From an uncultured delta proteobacterium (lineage in GTDB: Bacteria; Desulfobacterota; Desulfobacteria; Desulfobacterales; UBA2156), in contig CAVTQK010000024.1 in the NCBI GenBank assembly GCA_963736855.1, positions 96,001-160,000 of the forward strand: a stretch of DNA of 64,000 bases, written 5' to 3'. The notes under the pieces were generated by a model. The model saw only the letters and a program-made list of their open reading frames with translations, did not search any database and was not told the DNA's origin. Of the stretch, positions 49,976 through 59,080 are shown piece by piece (within the stretch, counting starts at the first letter, position 1; every line of letters starts with the position of its first letter). The position numbers and the translations under genes are program-made.

Positions 49976-50767
49976 ATGGAATCGGCCGGCGTGAAGGAAA
50001 TGGCGGAGTTTATCAGCAACAATTTGCGGCTCAAGACCTTTCCCCTGGCGGTCAAGTTTCTCAAAGACCGTAAAGATTTTCCAGTCAAGACCAGGCAACC
50101 CTCGGTGGTGCTGGGAAAACGCGTCAGCATTTGTCAGGGAGTCACCATGGCGCGGGTGTATGGTTGGACCGTGGGACTCACTCGTGACGACCTGATCTGC
50201 GTGCCCGCCATGATCGCTTTCGGATTCAGCGGCGCAGCGGACCCCGCTGAATCACTCACGGGACTCTTCTGCGAAGTGGACTTTGCCAGCGATCGCGACG
50301 GTGCGGCCCGGGAAGTGGCGGCCATCACCCGCCTGGAGAACCAGGAGTACGACGCCCTGGTGTTGGCGCCCCTCGAAAAAGGCCTTTTTGAACCGGATAC
50401 TGTGGCTATTTATGGGAATCCAGCGCAGATGATGCGCCTGATCATGGCGCTGGTCTATATGGAGAAACGCCGCATCGACGGCAACTTCGGCGGCAAGGTC
50501 GAGTGCACCGAATACTTGCTCGCTCCGTTCAAGACCAGGTCACCGCGCGTCGTTATTCCGGGAATGGGGGATCGGATCTTTTCAATGACCCAAGATGATG
50601 AAATGGTGTTGTCCATCCCGGGTAGTCTTCTGGGAAAGCTGGTTAGAGGTCTTGAGGTATCCGGTAAGAAGATCGGGGCGCGCTACCCGGTCACCTTCTA
50701 TCAGAACTTCGAACCGGAATTTCCCAAGGCTCATAAGGAACTCGGCAAAGTCCTGGGCATTTTTTAG
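49976..50767 (+). CDS. DUF169 family protein
   Basis: L.....P.AVKF, ICQ....AR..G, C, APL, PD.V..YGNPAQMM.L, C, G.GDR, DDEM; RBS GAGGAGG. Confidence 0.82.
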   Translation: MESAGVKEMAEFISNNLRLKTFPLAVKFLKDRKDFPVKTRQPSVVLGKRVSICQGVTMARVYGWTVGLTRDDLICVPAMIAFGFSGAADPAESLTGLFCEVDFASDRDGAAREVAAITRLENQEYDALVLAPLEKGLFEPDTVAIYGNPAQMMRLIMALVYMEKRRIDGNFGGKVECTEYLLAPFKTRSPRVVIPGMGDRIFSMTQDDEMVLSIPGSLLGKLVRGLEVSGKKIGARYPVTFYQNFEPEFPKAHKELGKVLGIF

Positions 50768-50875
50768 TCAGGAGTCGGATCCAGGAAGCAGTCTATGGAC
50801 GTCCCCTTATACTCGTCTCCTTATATTGCCCTATCCTCTAAATCTAAAGTCGAACCGCGCTGAATGACGAAGTGT

Positions 50876-51496
50876 TTATTCTTTTTGGCAATCCTGTAAC
50901 AGGGTGTCACCTGCTCCATCTACTCCAAGACGGTATGCTTTCGGACTTTGCCCGGTCCACTCCTTGAAGGCCCGGGTAAAGGAACCAGCTTCCGTGTAAC
51001 CCAGCAAATAGGCTATTTCGGAAACCGAGAGTTTCTGGTTTTTTAGATAATTCATGGCAAGGTTCTTTTTGGTTTCTAGACAGAGACTTTTGAAAACGCT
51101 TCCTTCTCGACGGAGCTTCCGGTTCAGCGTCCATCGGCTTAAATTCAGCTTGTTACAGACGAGCTGGATATCGGCCGGCTCAATGGGAAGACGCTCCAGT
51201 ATAATCCGTTGAACCTTATCAGTGAAATGTTCCCCACTTTCAATATCCACCAACAGTTTTTTCGCGTGCCCGGTCAGCAAGTCATAAATATACAACCGAT
51301 GTCCGGGATTTTTCAGATTAAGATCGGATTGGGCGATTACGAGGGCATCTTCTTTCGCCTTGAATTTCAAGGGTGCCTGAAACACCTCTTCGTACACCTG
51401 AACATACTCGGGTTGGTCGTACTTGAAACGAACCTCAATGGGACGGTAATTGACCCCCGTTAATTTCCGTGTCCTAATAATATCCGACGACCCCAC
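50876..51496 (-). pseudogene. 5'-truncated AraC-family regulator (OruR/VqsM-like)
   Basis: EVRF, F.AP..F, LSRWTLNRKL, SVSEIAYLLGY.E.GSF.RAFK.WTG.SP..YR; N-terminal half of the sensor domain absent. Confidence 0.7.
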
Positions 51497-51647
51497 CCGT
51501 GCTTCTGTGTCAGATGCGGTGATCGTCTACACATTGCCCTGAGCCATGCCTGAAGATATGGGCATATAAGCGGGCGGGGACGCGACATGCTGGAATCACT
51601 GCTGCGTCTTCTCCTCTTTCTCAATCACTGCCGGATTAGGGAGTTGC

Positions 51648-52104
51648 CATTAGTCGATAATTTAAGTCGGGAATGCCTGGCGATTCATGTCGATCAGGCC
51701 ATTAAGGGAAAAGATGTAGTCCATGTCATGGAGCGTTTACGACTTTTTGTAGATCGTTGCCCCGAACGGATTCAGGTGGATAACGGGCCTGAGTTTATAT
51801 CCAAAGATCTGGACAAATGGGCCTATGAGAATGGAGTGACGCTTGACTTCTCAAAGTCTGGAAAACCAACAGATAACACACTGATCGAGTCATTTAACGG
51901 CAGTTTCCGGGATGAATGTCTGAATATGAACTGATTTTTATCTATTGACGACGCCAGAAAAAAGGTTGAAGCTTGAAGAAGGGAGTACAATCATTTTCGA
52001 TCACATTCATCGCTAGGAGATTTAACCTCGATGCAGTTTCAGGAGCAACATAGAGGAAGCCAGAAATCTCTACTTTTGATTGTATAGTTTTTAGGAGAGG
52101 CTCA
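51648..52104 (+). mobile_element. IS3-family transposase remnant (partial integrase core) with right end
   Basis: VDNLSRECL, IQVDNGPEF, GKPTDN..IESFNG.FRDECLN, YN..R.HSSLG; two in-frame TGA; ends TTTTAGGAGAGGCTCA. Confidence 0.88.
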
Positions 52105-52168
52105 TCACAGTGCATTTTCGTTTGCGATCCGGAGCCAAAAGGGGACTAATTACTAAAGGTAAGAAAAT

Positions 52169-53371
52169 ATGTGGACTCGCCGCCCAGCGCAATTCGTCGT
52201 GCTTATTATGTTTATGACGCTCAGTGGAAGTTGTGCAACCGTGAAGACCATCGGAGAGAGCACTAAAAAAGTCGTCAAAGGTAAGGATATCGACACAAAG
52301 GGCTTGGAAAAGGCCATAGCGGAAGATACGAAGAAAATCGAAGCCCAGTTGCAACAATTGCGCCGCAAGTTCGAGGAAGCCCTCGCGAAGCTCGAGGCCA
52401 ACGTGCAGAAACACTGGGGCAAGAAGGACACCAAGGTCGCCACACGCACCGTGTATGTGAAATATACTCAGAATTACACGAACCGTGTCGTCACCGACTT
52501 CGACCACGGCTTGCTCACTGTCGAGACCCTGGACGACAAGAATCCGCAGGATAGTCTCAAGGCCTCCATCGTCGCCGCGCTCCTCACATCGAACGACCCT
52601 GCGTCCGTGGACCTTTTCTCTGACAAGGATGTCACCTTGGATTCAAACCGTACTCCTTATCTTTATGGCCTCGTGCTTGACAACAACGGCAAGCCAATCC
52701 GCACGCGTAAGCAGGCGGAAAATTTCGCAAGTTTTCTTGTGCCAAATAAAATCCAAACGCGTGTGGTAAAATCAGAGCAGGGCGAAAAGAAGACATTATT
52801 CGTGAAGCTCGCTATGGTCAAGAACTTTGAAGCGAAGGGGGCGGAGCGTTACCGCAGTAGCGTGCTCAAATACTCTGCACAATATCAAGTCAGCCCGAGC
52901 CTCGTGTTTGCGATCATTCGGACCGAAAGTAACTTCAACCCGTTTGCCGTGAGCGGAGCGCCCGCCTATGGACTGATGCAGCTCGTTCCCACGAGCGGTG
53001 GCCGTGCTGCCTACCGACGGGTGGAGGGTGTGGACCAGATTCCAACGGTCGAGCATCTATTCGACCCTGAACGAAACATTGAGCTCGGCACAGCATATTT
53101 GAGCGTGCTCAATGACAACGAGTTCCGCGCTGTCGATAGCCATAATTCGCGCGACTACTGCGTCATCGCGGCTTACAACACGGGCCCGTCCAACGTAACC
53201 CGTACATTTGCGAGGGACAAGAACGAGGCTCTCAAGGTCATCAACAGCCTTAATCCCTCGGAGTTGTTCGACCGGATGAGAACATCACTGCCCCGCCAGG
53301 AAACACGTCGATATATCGAGAAGGTCACGAGCTATCGAAAACAGTTCGTGGACACTGCGGCTGTCCAATAA
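52169..53371 (+). CDS. mltC: MltC-like membrane-bound lytic murein transglycosylase (DUF3393 + SLT)
   Basis: Lipobox-like LSGS-C, YVKYT.NY..R, IIRTESNFNPFAVS, YGLMQ, NIELGTAYL, AAYNTG, ETRRYI.KV. Confidence 0.85.
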   Translation: MWTRRPAQFVVLIMFMTLSGSCATVKTIGESTKKVVKGKDIDTKGLEKAIAEDTKKIEAQLQQLRRKFEEALAKLEANVQKHWGKKDTKVATRTVYVKYTQNYTNRVVTDFDHGLLTVETLDDKNPQDSLKASIVAALLTSNDPASVDLFSDKDVTLDSNRTPYLYGLVLDNNGKPIRTRKQAENFASFLVPNKIQTRVVKSEQGEKKTLFVKLAMVKNFEAKGAERYRSSVLKYSAQYQVSPSLVFAIIRTESNFNPFAVSGAPAYGLMQLVPTSGGRAAYRRVEGVDQIPTVEHLFDPERNIELGTAYLSVLNDNEFRAVDSHNSRDYCVIAAYNTGPSNVTRTFARDKNEALKVINSLNPSELFDRMRTSLPRQETRRYIEKVTSYRKQFVDTAAVQ

Positions 53372-53645
53372 GTACAATCCCTGACCCACTGTGGTAGTAA
53401 AATTGACATGCTTCTAAGCCTCATTTTTCAATTAAAGCAAGCGCATTAATTTATTTTCGCAGGTAATCCGCGCCTATTTATGGACACCTCGAATTGCATT
53501 CTGTTGGAATCGAATTCTGCTGCGTATATAATTTAGCTCTTCTTGAAGTCTTACATTTACCTATGAAGGCCCCCCATGTGACGGTCTCTATTGTGAGGGC
53601 TGTAATGGTACTATTTCTTATCATAGGTGGCTATAAACTCTTCTA

Positions 53646-53680
53646 CCCTCCGACCTCTGCCCTCTGATCTCTGCCCTCAG
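53646..53680. repeat. Degenerate heptamer tandem repeat (5 x ~CCCTCTG)
   Basis: ccctccg acctctg ccctctg atctctg ccctcag. Confidence 0.8.
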
Positions 53681-53690
53681 AACTTTTTTC

Positions 53691-53720
53691 TTGACTCTAA
53701 TCATTATGAATGACTATAAT
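53691..53720 (+). promoter_or_regulatory. Sigma70 promoter for the ATPase gene
   Basis: TTGACT-N18-TATAAT about 40 bp upstream of the ATG; TCATT-atg-AATGA palindrome in the spacer. Confidence 0.65.
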
Positions 53721-53762
53721 ACGGTCAATTTTCAATGAAAAATCACGGCAAATAGGACAAAA

Positions 53763-54917
53763 ATGATTAGACGGATACTTAAAGACCCGAACCACAGCTT
53801 TTTTCTTCTGGGTCCTCGGGGCACCGGCAAAAGCACCTGGCTTCGGGCGACCTTCCCCGAGGCCTATTGGGTGGACTTGCTGTCCGAAGACACCTATCAA
53901 CGGCTTCTCGCCCAACCGGGTCTTTTTGCCGATGAACTGCGAGCCCTTCCCTCGGGCCAAAAGGTGATCGTTGATGAAGTACAGCGCTTGCCCAACTTGT
54001 TGAACGAGGTACATCGGCTGATAGAAGAAAAGCGGCTCCGGTTTATATTGTGCGGATCCAGTGCGCGAAAATTAAAACGGACCGGGGTCAATCTCCTGGC
54101 CGGTCGGGTCTTGATGCGTTATATGCATCCTTTTACTCCCGCTGAATTGGGGAACCGTTTCGATCTCGAACAGGCCCTCCAATTCGGTTTATTGCCGATT
54201 GTCTGGGATTCTCCACAAAAGGCCGAAACCCTGGCCGCTTATGCCCAGCTTTATTTAAGGGAAGAGATTCAAGCCGAAGCCCTGATACGAAATCTGCCTG
54301 GCTTCGCCCGTTTCCTGCCTGTTGCTGCCCTTTTCCACGGCCAAAACATCAATACTACCAACATTGCCAGGGAAGCGGGGGTGGCAAGAACCACTGTGGC
54401 TGGGTTTTTACAGATCCTTGAAGAAACACTGCTTTGTTTTCAGATACCCGCCTATGAAGCCAAACTTCGCGTCAGGGAGCGCAAGCAGCCAAAATGGTAT
54501 TGGTGCGATCCGGGACTGGTCCGGGCCATGAAACGGGCCTCAGGCGGTGTTGTCGTAGAGGAAAAGGGGGCTTTGTTTGAAGGATTGGTGGCCCAGTTGA
54601 TCCGGGCCTCAATAGATTACCATGGCCTTGGCGCTGAATGTTATTATTGGGCTCCTGCCTCAAAAGCCGGGACAGAAGTGGATTTTCTGTTGGTTAAGGG
54701 GAGAACGATCATTGCGGTTGAGGCCAAGTCAGGGAGGAATTTTTCGGAAAGCTGGTGCAAAGGGCTTCGGGCCGTGGCTCCTCTCAAAGGCCTGCAACGC
54801 CGCATCATTGTTTATCCCTCCGGCCCGAGTCTGAAAACCGAGGACGGTATCGAAATCATCCCCTTCCTCCGTTTTTCAGAACAATTAACCCAGGATTTTT
54901 TTAATAACAAAAAATAG
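53763..54917 (+). CDS. AAA_14 ATPase with DUF4143 (PD-(D/E)xK-like) C-terminal domain
   Basis: GPRGTGKST, IVDEVQ, CGSSA, LAGR, D.GL, LFE, EVDF, AVEAKS. Confidence 0.9.
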   Translation: MIRRILKDPNHSFFLLGPRGTGKSTWLRATFPEAYWVDLLSEDTYQRLLAQPGLFADELRALPSGQKVIVDEVQRLPNLLNEVHRLIEEKRLRFILCGSSARKLKRTGVNLLAGRVLMRYMHPFTPAELGNRFDLEQALQFGLLPIVWDSPQKAETLAAYAQLYLREEIQAEALIRNLPGFARFLPVAALFHGQNINTTNIAREAGVARTTVAGFLQILEETLLCFQIPAYEAKLRVRERKQPKWYWCDPGLVRAMKRASGGVVVEEKGALFEGLVAQLIRASIDYHGLGAECYYWAPASKAGTEVDFLLVKGRTIIAVEAKSGRNFSESWCKGLRAVAPLKGLQRRIIVYPSGPSLKTEDGIEIIPFLRFSEQLTQDFFNNKK

Positions 54918-55328
54918 TGGCGGATCGAGCGATGGCTCTCTGAACTGGCTTGCCCAACAAAAGGACGTTATCACTATAATACAGCACAACGTGTTGCCAG
55001 TTTTTCAGCGCCTGTTAAAAACTCTTCAACTCTAAATGCCAAGGGGAAATGCGGATGGTCGCATTTATTGAAGATTTGGATGTATTCAAAATAAATACTC
55101 AACTATCTGGATTTATAAGAATCCAAACACCCGATAAGGCCAGTGGCTCATGCCCAGCCAATCATGGAATCCTCCGCATACGACGACAGCCCTCAGCCTT
55201 CCGCCGAGGACTTCATCGCCGACCCAGTTTATCCCATGGATGCTTATTTTTAAAAACCCGTCAGCGCTGGTCTGTCGAGCCATGCCCGAATCTGTAAAAA
55301 TAATGGCCTTCTGCCGCTACAATGCCGA

Positions 55329-55357
55329 TTGACAGCACAATCACCTTCTGTTATTTT
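55329..55357 (+). promoter_or_regulatory. Candidate outward sigma70 promoter in module 2 right end
   Basis: TTGACA-N17-TATTTT with an extended -10 TG. Confidence 0.55.
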
Positions 55358-55796
55358 AATATTCATTATCCTCGACAATTTCAGCTTTCCATATCTTGGG
55401 GTGTCGATCGCGGCAAAACACAATCCGTTTCCGGGATCCATTCCCATGTAAACAAGCGGATTCTTATCAATAATAATAAACGAGATGAAGCCTGCACGCG
55501 AAGTAGGGCGTCGATGGATGGTGTCGGGACAGGGTTAGACCTCGTAAATAGATAGTTAAGCGGGATGGAGGTTAGATCTCAATAATCAGTAATCCATTGA
55601 TACGAACCCAATAAATTGTACTTGGGGTTGCGAAGGTATGGGTCCACCACCGCCATGAGCACAGCGATTCGGCGGTTCGGTGGGCTTCTGACGAGCGACC
55701 GTAAACACGGTTAGCATTCTCTAAGGTCGAAGCAAAGTTTTTGAAATGTAGCCCCGACCTTAATGAGCCAGAATTTGCGGACGGGGGCTTGAATCG

Positions 55797-56426
55797 ATGG
55801 CTGAAAAGTACATCGTGAATCAGGGCGACTGCCTGTCCTCTATCGCCGCTGAGCGCGGGCTGTTCTGGCAGACGATCTGGAACGATCCGGCTAATTCGCG
55901 GCTTAAAAGCAAGCGGAAGGATCCCAACGTCCTCTGCCCCGGAGATGTGGTCATGCTTCACGATAAGAGGCCAAAGTCCGCCCCGGCTGCCACCGACCGC
56001 CGACACCGGTTCTGTCGCAAGGGCGTCCCGGAGAAACTCCTGCTCCAAATCATCGAGGATGGACAGCCCAGGGCCAACGAGTCGTATACCCTCGATATAG
56101 ATGGAGCTTTGATACAGGGAGTTACCGACGCGGAGGGGCGTGTCGAGGAGGCGATCCCTCCCAATGCCAAAAAGGCTCGTCTCTTGCTCGGGAATGAACA
56201 GACGGAATATCGGCTCGACCTTGGACACCTCGATCCCATCGACCTGTTATCGGGAGTTCAGGCGCGCCTGAACAGCCTTGGCTACGACTGCGGCGTCGCT
56301 GATGGTACTCCTGGACCCAGAACCGAAGCCGCCTTAAAGCGCTTCCAGCAGGAACACTCATTAACGGAATCCGGGACCGCCGACCAACAAACCCAACAAA
56401 AACTCCGCGAGGTATACGGGCGCTAA
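55797..56426 (+). CDS. LysM-like + peptidoglycan-binding (PG_binding_1) protein
   Basis: YIVNQGDCLSSIA...PNVLCPGD; G.TDAEG; VQARLNSLGY...DG..GPRT.AALKRFQ...L..SG. Confidence 0.85.
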   Translation: MAEKYIVNQGDCLSSIAAERGLFWQTIWNDPANSRLKSKRKDPNVLCPGDVVMLHDKRPKSAPAATDRRHRFCRKGVPEKLLLQIIEDGQPRANESYTLDIDGALIQGVTDAEGRVEEAIPPNAKKARLLLGNEQTEYRLDLGHLDPIDLLSGVQARLNSLGYDCGVADGTPGPRTEAALKRFQQEHSLTESGTADQQTQQKLREVYGR

Positions 56427-56436
56427 TTCTTTCGCG

Positions 56437-57867
56437 ATGAGTCTCTACGTAAAGATTATCGACGGAACGACCACCCGTGTGGTCGCTCCGTTGGAGGTTC
56501 TCAATTGGGATGGCAGTCGCTGGGCCACCCCGCCGGAGAAGCGAATCCTCGTTAAGATCCACGACGTTAATAGGGACGTCTGGATATCGCCCGATGAGTT
56601 TCGCGACGACCACTACTTCTTCAGTCAGCGTTTCTCCGACGTCACGGCCCGCCGCTACGAGATCTACCATCCCAGATACCCTAAACAACGCCTCACCGTG
56701 TCACCTGGCGGTTCAACGCATTACGTGGCCCGCTCCGCTCCGCAACAGCAGATCACCTCAGGAAGCCATCGAATCGAAGTACGGCTCACGCCGCATCATC
56801 TCGTGCCTTTCACGGGTCGCGACCGATTCGTCTTCGGAGCGAACCTTGCGTGGCTCGATGGCCAGTACGATCATGATTTCGGATCCAACTTTTTGTATAC
56901 CCCAGCACGCTCCGCTTACCTGGATCCCACTCATACGGATTACCGAATCCGGTTGCAAAATCTCGAAACGTACTTTGAACATATGAGGAAAGGATTTGAG
57001 TGCAGGGTGGTCAGGGTCTGGGTTTTCGAGGGGTGGGAGGGATTGATCCACAGCGGAAGTACTGTGGCCATGGATGCCGTCCTCCAGACGAGTGTTCAGA
57101 AGATACTGGAAATCGCCGAAATCAAGGACCTCTACATCTATTGGTGCTTGCTAACCTCCAAACCTGAACACCGGGCCTTTCCCATGGACTCGTGGATTAT
57201 CAACAGTGCGAGAAATCCGGGATCAAGTCCGTTTCTCAATCGCGCCTTGCTGTCATTTTGCCTGGCCATTCAAGGTCATCCTCGGACGTTCGCCATTGAT
57301 GTCATGAACGAACCAGAGAAGTATGTTGCCCGTGGAAATGTGAGCTGGGATGTGATGCGCACGTACATTAGGGAAAGTTGTCGTAAAATTAAGGGCTACT
57401 TGGGACAATCGGTGCTCGTCTCATGTGGAAGTAAGGGGACGGGGTGGGTAGGGGAAACGACGTTTGTCGAAACCATGAGAAATTATATTGGACTGGGATT
57501 GGATTTTTACGACTTTCATATCTATAACGACACGGGCGATTTGCCCATGAGTTATGATAATCTCTATAAGGAACTGCATACGGCAACACAACTGCTGGAC
57601 AAACCTTGTATTGTCGGGGAGTGCGGCCAAAAGAGAACGGGTTTCCTCGATGACTTTCAGAAGGGAGTTGTCACGAATTTCATGCAGCAAGCATGGCATC
57701 TGGGCTTCGGTGGATGCCTGGTCTGGAATTACAACTATAACAACTTCGAGTACGTCAAGAGGAATATTGATCACTACCACTCTCTCATTTATCGCAACGG
57801 TTCCGCCAGACCGGTCGCTGGGCCGATGAGTGCCTTTGCCGGGAATTATGGGGCCTATATGCTGTAG
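56437..57867 (+). CDS. Glycoside hydrolase family 5-like protein with unknown N-terminal domain
   Basis: GANLAW...YDHDFG, VRVWVF, DVMNEPE (acid/base), LDFYDFHIY, KPCIVGEC (nucleophile), GCLVW. Confidence 0.8.
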   Translation: MSLYVKIIDGTTTRVVAPLEVLNWDGSRWATPPEKRILVKIHDVNRDVWISPDEFRDDHYFFSQRFSDVTARRYEIYHPRYPKQRLTVSPGGSTHYVARSAPQQQITSGSHRIEVRLTPHHLVPFTGRDRFVFGANLAWLDGQYDHDFGSNFLYTPARSAYLDPTHTDYRIRLQNLETYFEHMRKGFECRVVRVWVFEGWEGLIHSGSTVAMDAVLQTSVQKILEIAEIKDLYIYWCLLTSKPEHRAFPMDSWIINSARNPGSSPFLNRALLSFCLAIQGHPRTFAIDVMNEPEKYVARGNVSWDVMRTYIRESCRKIKGYLGQSVLVSCGSKGTGWVGETTFVETMRNYIGLGLDFYDFHIYNDTGDLPMSYDNLYKELHTATQLLDKPCIVGECGQKRTGFLDDFQKGVVTNFMQQAWHLGFGGCLVWNYNYNNFEYVKRNIDHYHSLIYRNGSARPVAGPMSAFAGNYGAYML

Positions 57868-57903
57868 GGGAGCCAACGAGCATGGAAGTGGAGTGTTGGA
57901 GAG

Positions 57904-58266
57904 ATGGCTGAAGAGTACATGGTGAAACAAGGCGATTGCATCGAGAGTATCGCTTTCCGGCGTGGATTGCTCCGGAAGAAGATCTGGAACGTCGGGGCGA
58001 ATACGGCCTTGAAGACGGAGCGGAAGGGTCCGAACGTGCCTCTGCTCGGAGACAAGCTAACCATCCCACCGATCCAAGCCAGGAAAGAAGCGGATGCGAC
58101 CGAGCAGCGCCATGTGTTCCGGTGGCGCGATGTGCCATCGAAGATGAAGCTGCGGTTTCTGACCGATGACCATAAACCCAGGGCCAATGAGCCGCATGCC
58201 CTGCAAATCGAGGGTGAGTTGTCGAGCGGGGCGCTCGACGTGGAGATCCCCATCCTCAGGAGATGA
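57904..58266 (+). pseudogene. Truncated paralog of the LysM-like protein
   Basis: MAEEYMVKQGDCIESIA...PRANE aligns to the 55797 product; PG-binding domain missing. Confidence 0.7.
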
Positions 58267-58585
58267 GGGTAATGGGGTCATCATAGAACGTTGTCGATAC
58301 ATTTTTGAACAGAGATGAAATCCGGTTGACCTCCTTTCTGAAGTTTTGGTGGTTTTTTCGATCGGCGGTTCGTTTTACCACGATGGCATCTTTCAACCCC
58401 TGATGACTGATGTAGGTGTCTGTGGTGTTTCTCTGATAAGGGCTGCTAAAGTTGAGTAAAAAGCTTCGCTGAACTTTACTGCTACGCAAAATGCATTTTC
58501 CGACACATTTGACCTATTCTTTAGCGAAGCTTTTGGCGAAAAAAAAGGAATTGGAAAAGATTTCCCAAGTCCTTGATTTTATTGA

Positions 58586-58670
58586 TGGTGCCGAAGGCCG
58601 GACTTGAACCGGCACGGGTCTCCCCACTACCCCCTCAAGATAGCGTGTCTACCAGTTCCACCACTTCGGC
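58586..58670 (-). tRNA. tRNA-Leu (GAG)
   Basis: Reverse strand GCCGAAG/CTTCGGC acceptor stem, CTATC-TTGAGGG-GGTAG anticodon arm, long variable arm, GGTTCAAGTCC, CCA; follows secG. Confidence 0.97.
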
Positions 58671-58680
58671 ACAAAGGATT

Positions 58681-59064
58681 TCATTTCTGCGGGGTTTCCA
58701 TCGGGGTGCCCTGTTGGGTCGCGGCGGCCGGTTGGCTGTCGGTTGGGGCCGGCGCAGCCGGTGCATCAGGCACTGCCGGAGCGCTTTGTTCCATTGGCGC
58801 TTTTTCCTGGGTCATGATGGATGTGTCGGTCCGCGGACCGGCGGTGATGTAAGCCAGTGTCAGGGAGGTGATCATGAAAATGATTGCCGCAATGGTCGTC
58901 GCTTTGCTCAAGAACGTGGAAGCACCGGTGCTGCCGAACAGGGTCTGACTGGCTCCTCCGCCGAACGCGGCGCCCATGTCCGCTCCTTTGCCGGTTTGCA
59001 GCAGCACGATCATGATCAGCGCCACGCACACAATCACATGCAGTACAATAATCAAGGTTGTCAT
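58681..59064 (-). CDS. secG: Preprotein translocase subunit SecG
   Basis: VLLQTGKGADMGAAFGGG, FLSKATT; tpiA-secG-tRNA-Leu synteny. Confidence 0.96.
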   Translation of the reverse strand: MTTLIIVLHVIVCVALIMIVLLQTGKGADMGAAFGGGASQTLFGSTGASTFLSKATTIAAIIFMITSLTLAYITAGPRTDTSIMTQEKAPMEQSAPAVPDAPAAPAPTDSQPAAATQQGTPMETPQK

Positions 59065-59080
59065 ATGACTCAATCCGCCT

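Larger units (their letters stand above)
53583..55471 (+). mobile_element. Decayed IS91/ISCR-like element, module 2, enclosing an ATPase gene
   Basis: 62-bp left repeat; remnant KCQGEMRMVAFIED...ILNYLDL...DPVYPMDAYF* at ~55030-55253; right end GGATTCTTATCAAT. Confidence 0.65.

Noticed and set aside
51930..51980. Two TGA codons at conserved Trp positions in the IS3 remnant, suggesting TGA=Trp recoding
   Set aside because: TGA is a normal stop for many genes here and the remnant is also truncated; TGG-to-TGA decay is simpler
58256..58489. Possible integrase C-terminal remnant (YQRNTTDTYI) beside tRNA-Leu
   Set aside because: The resemblance is too short to support without a profile search
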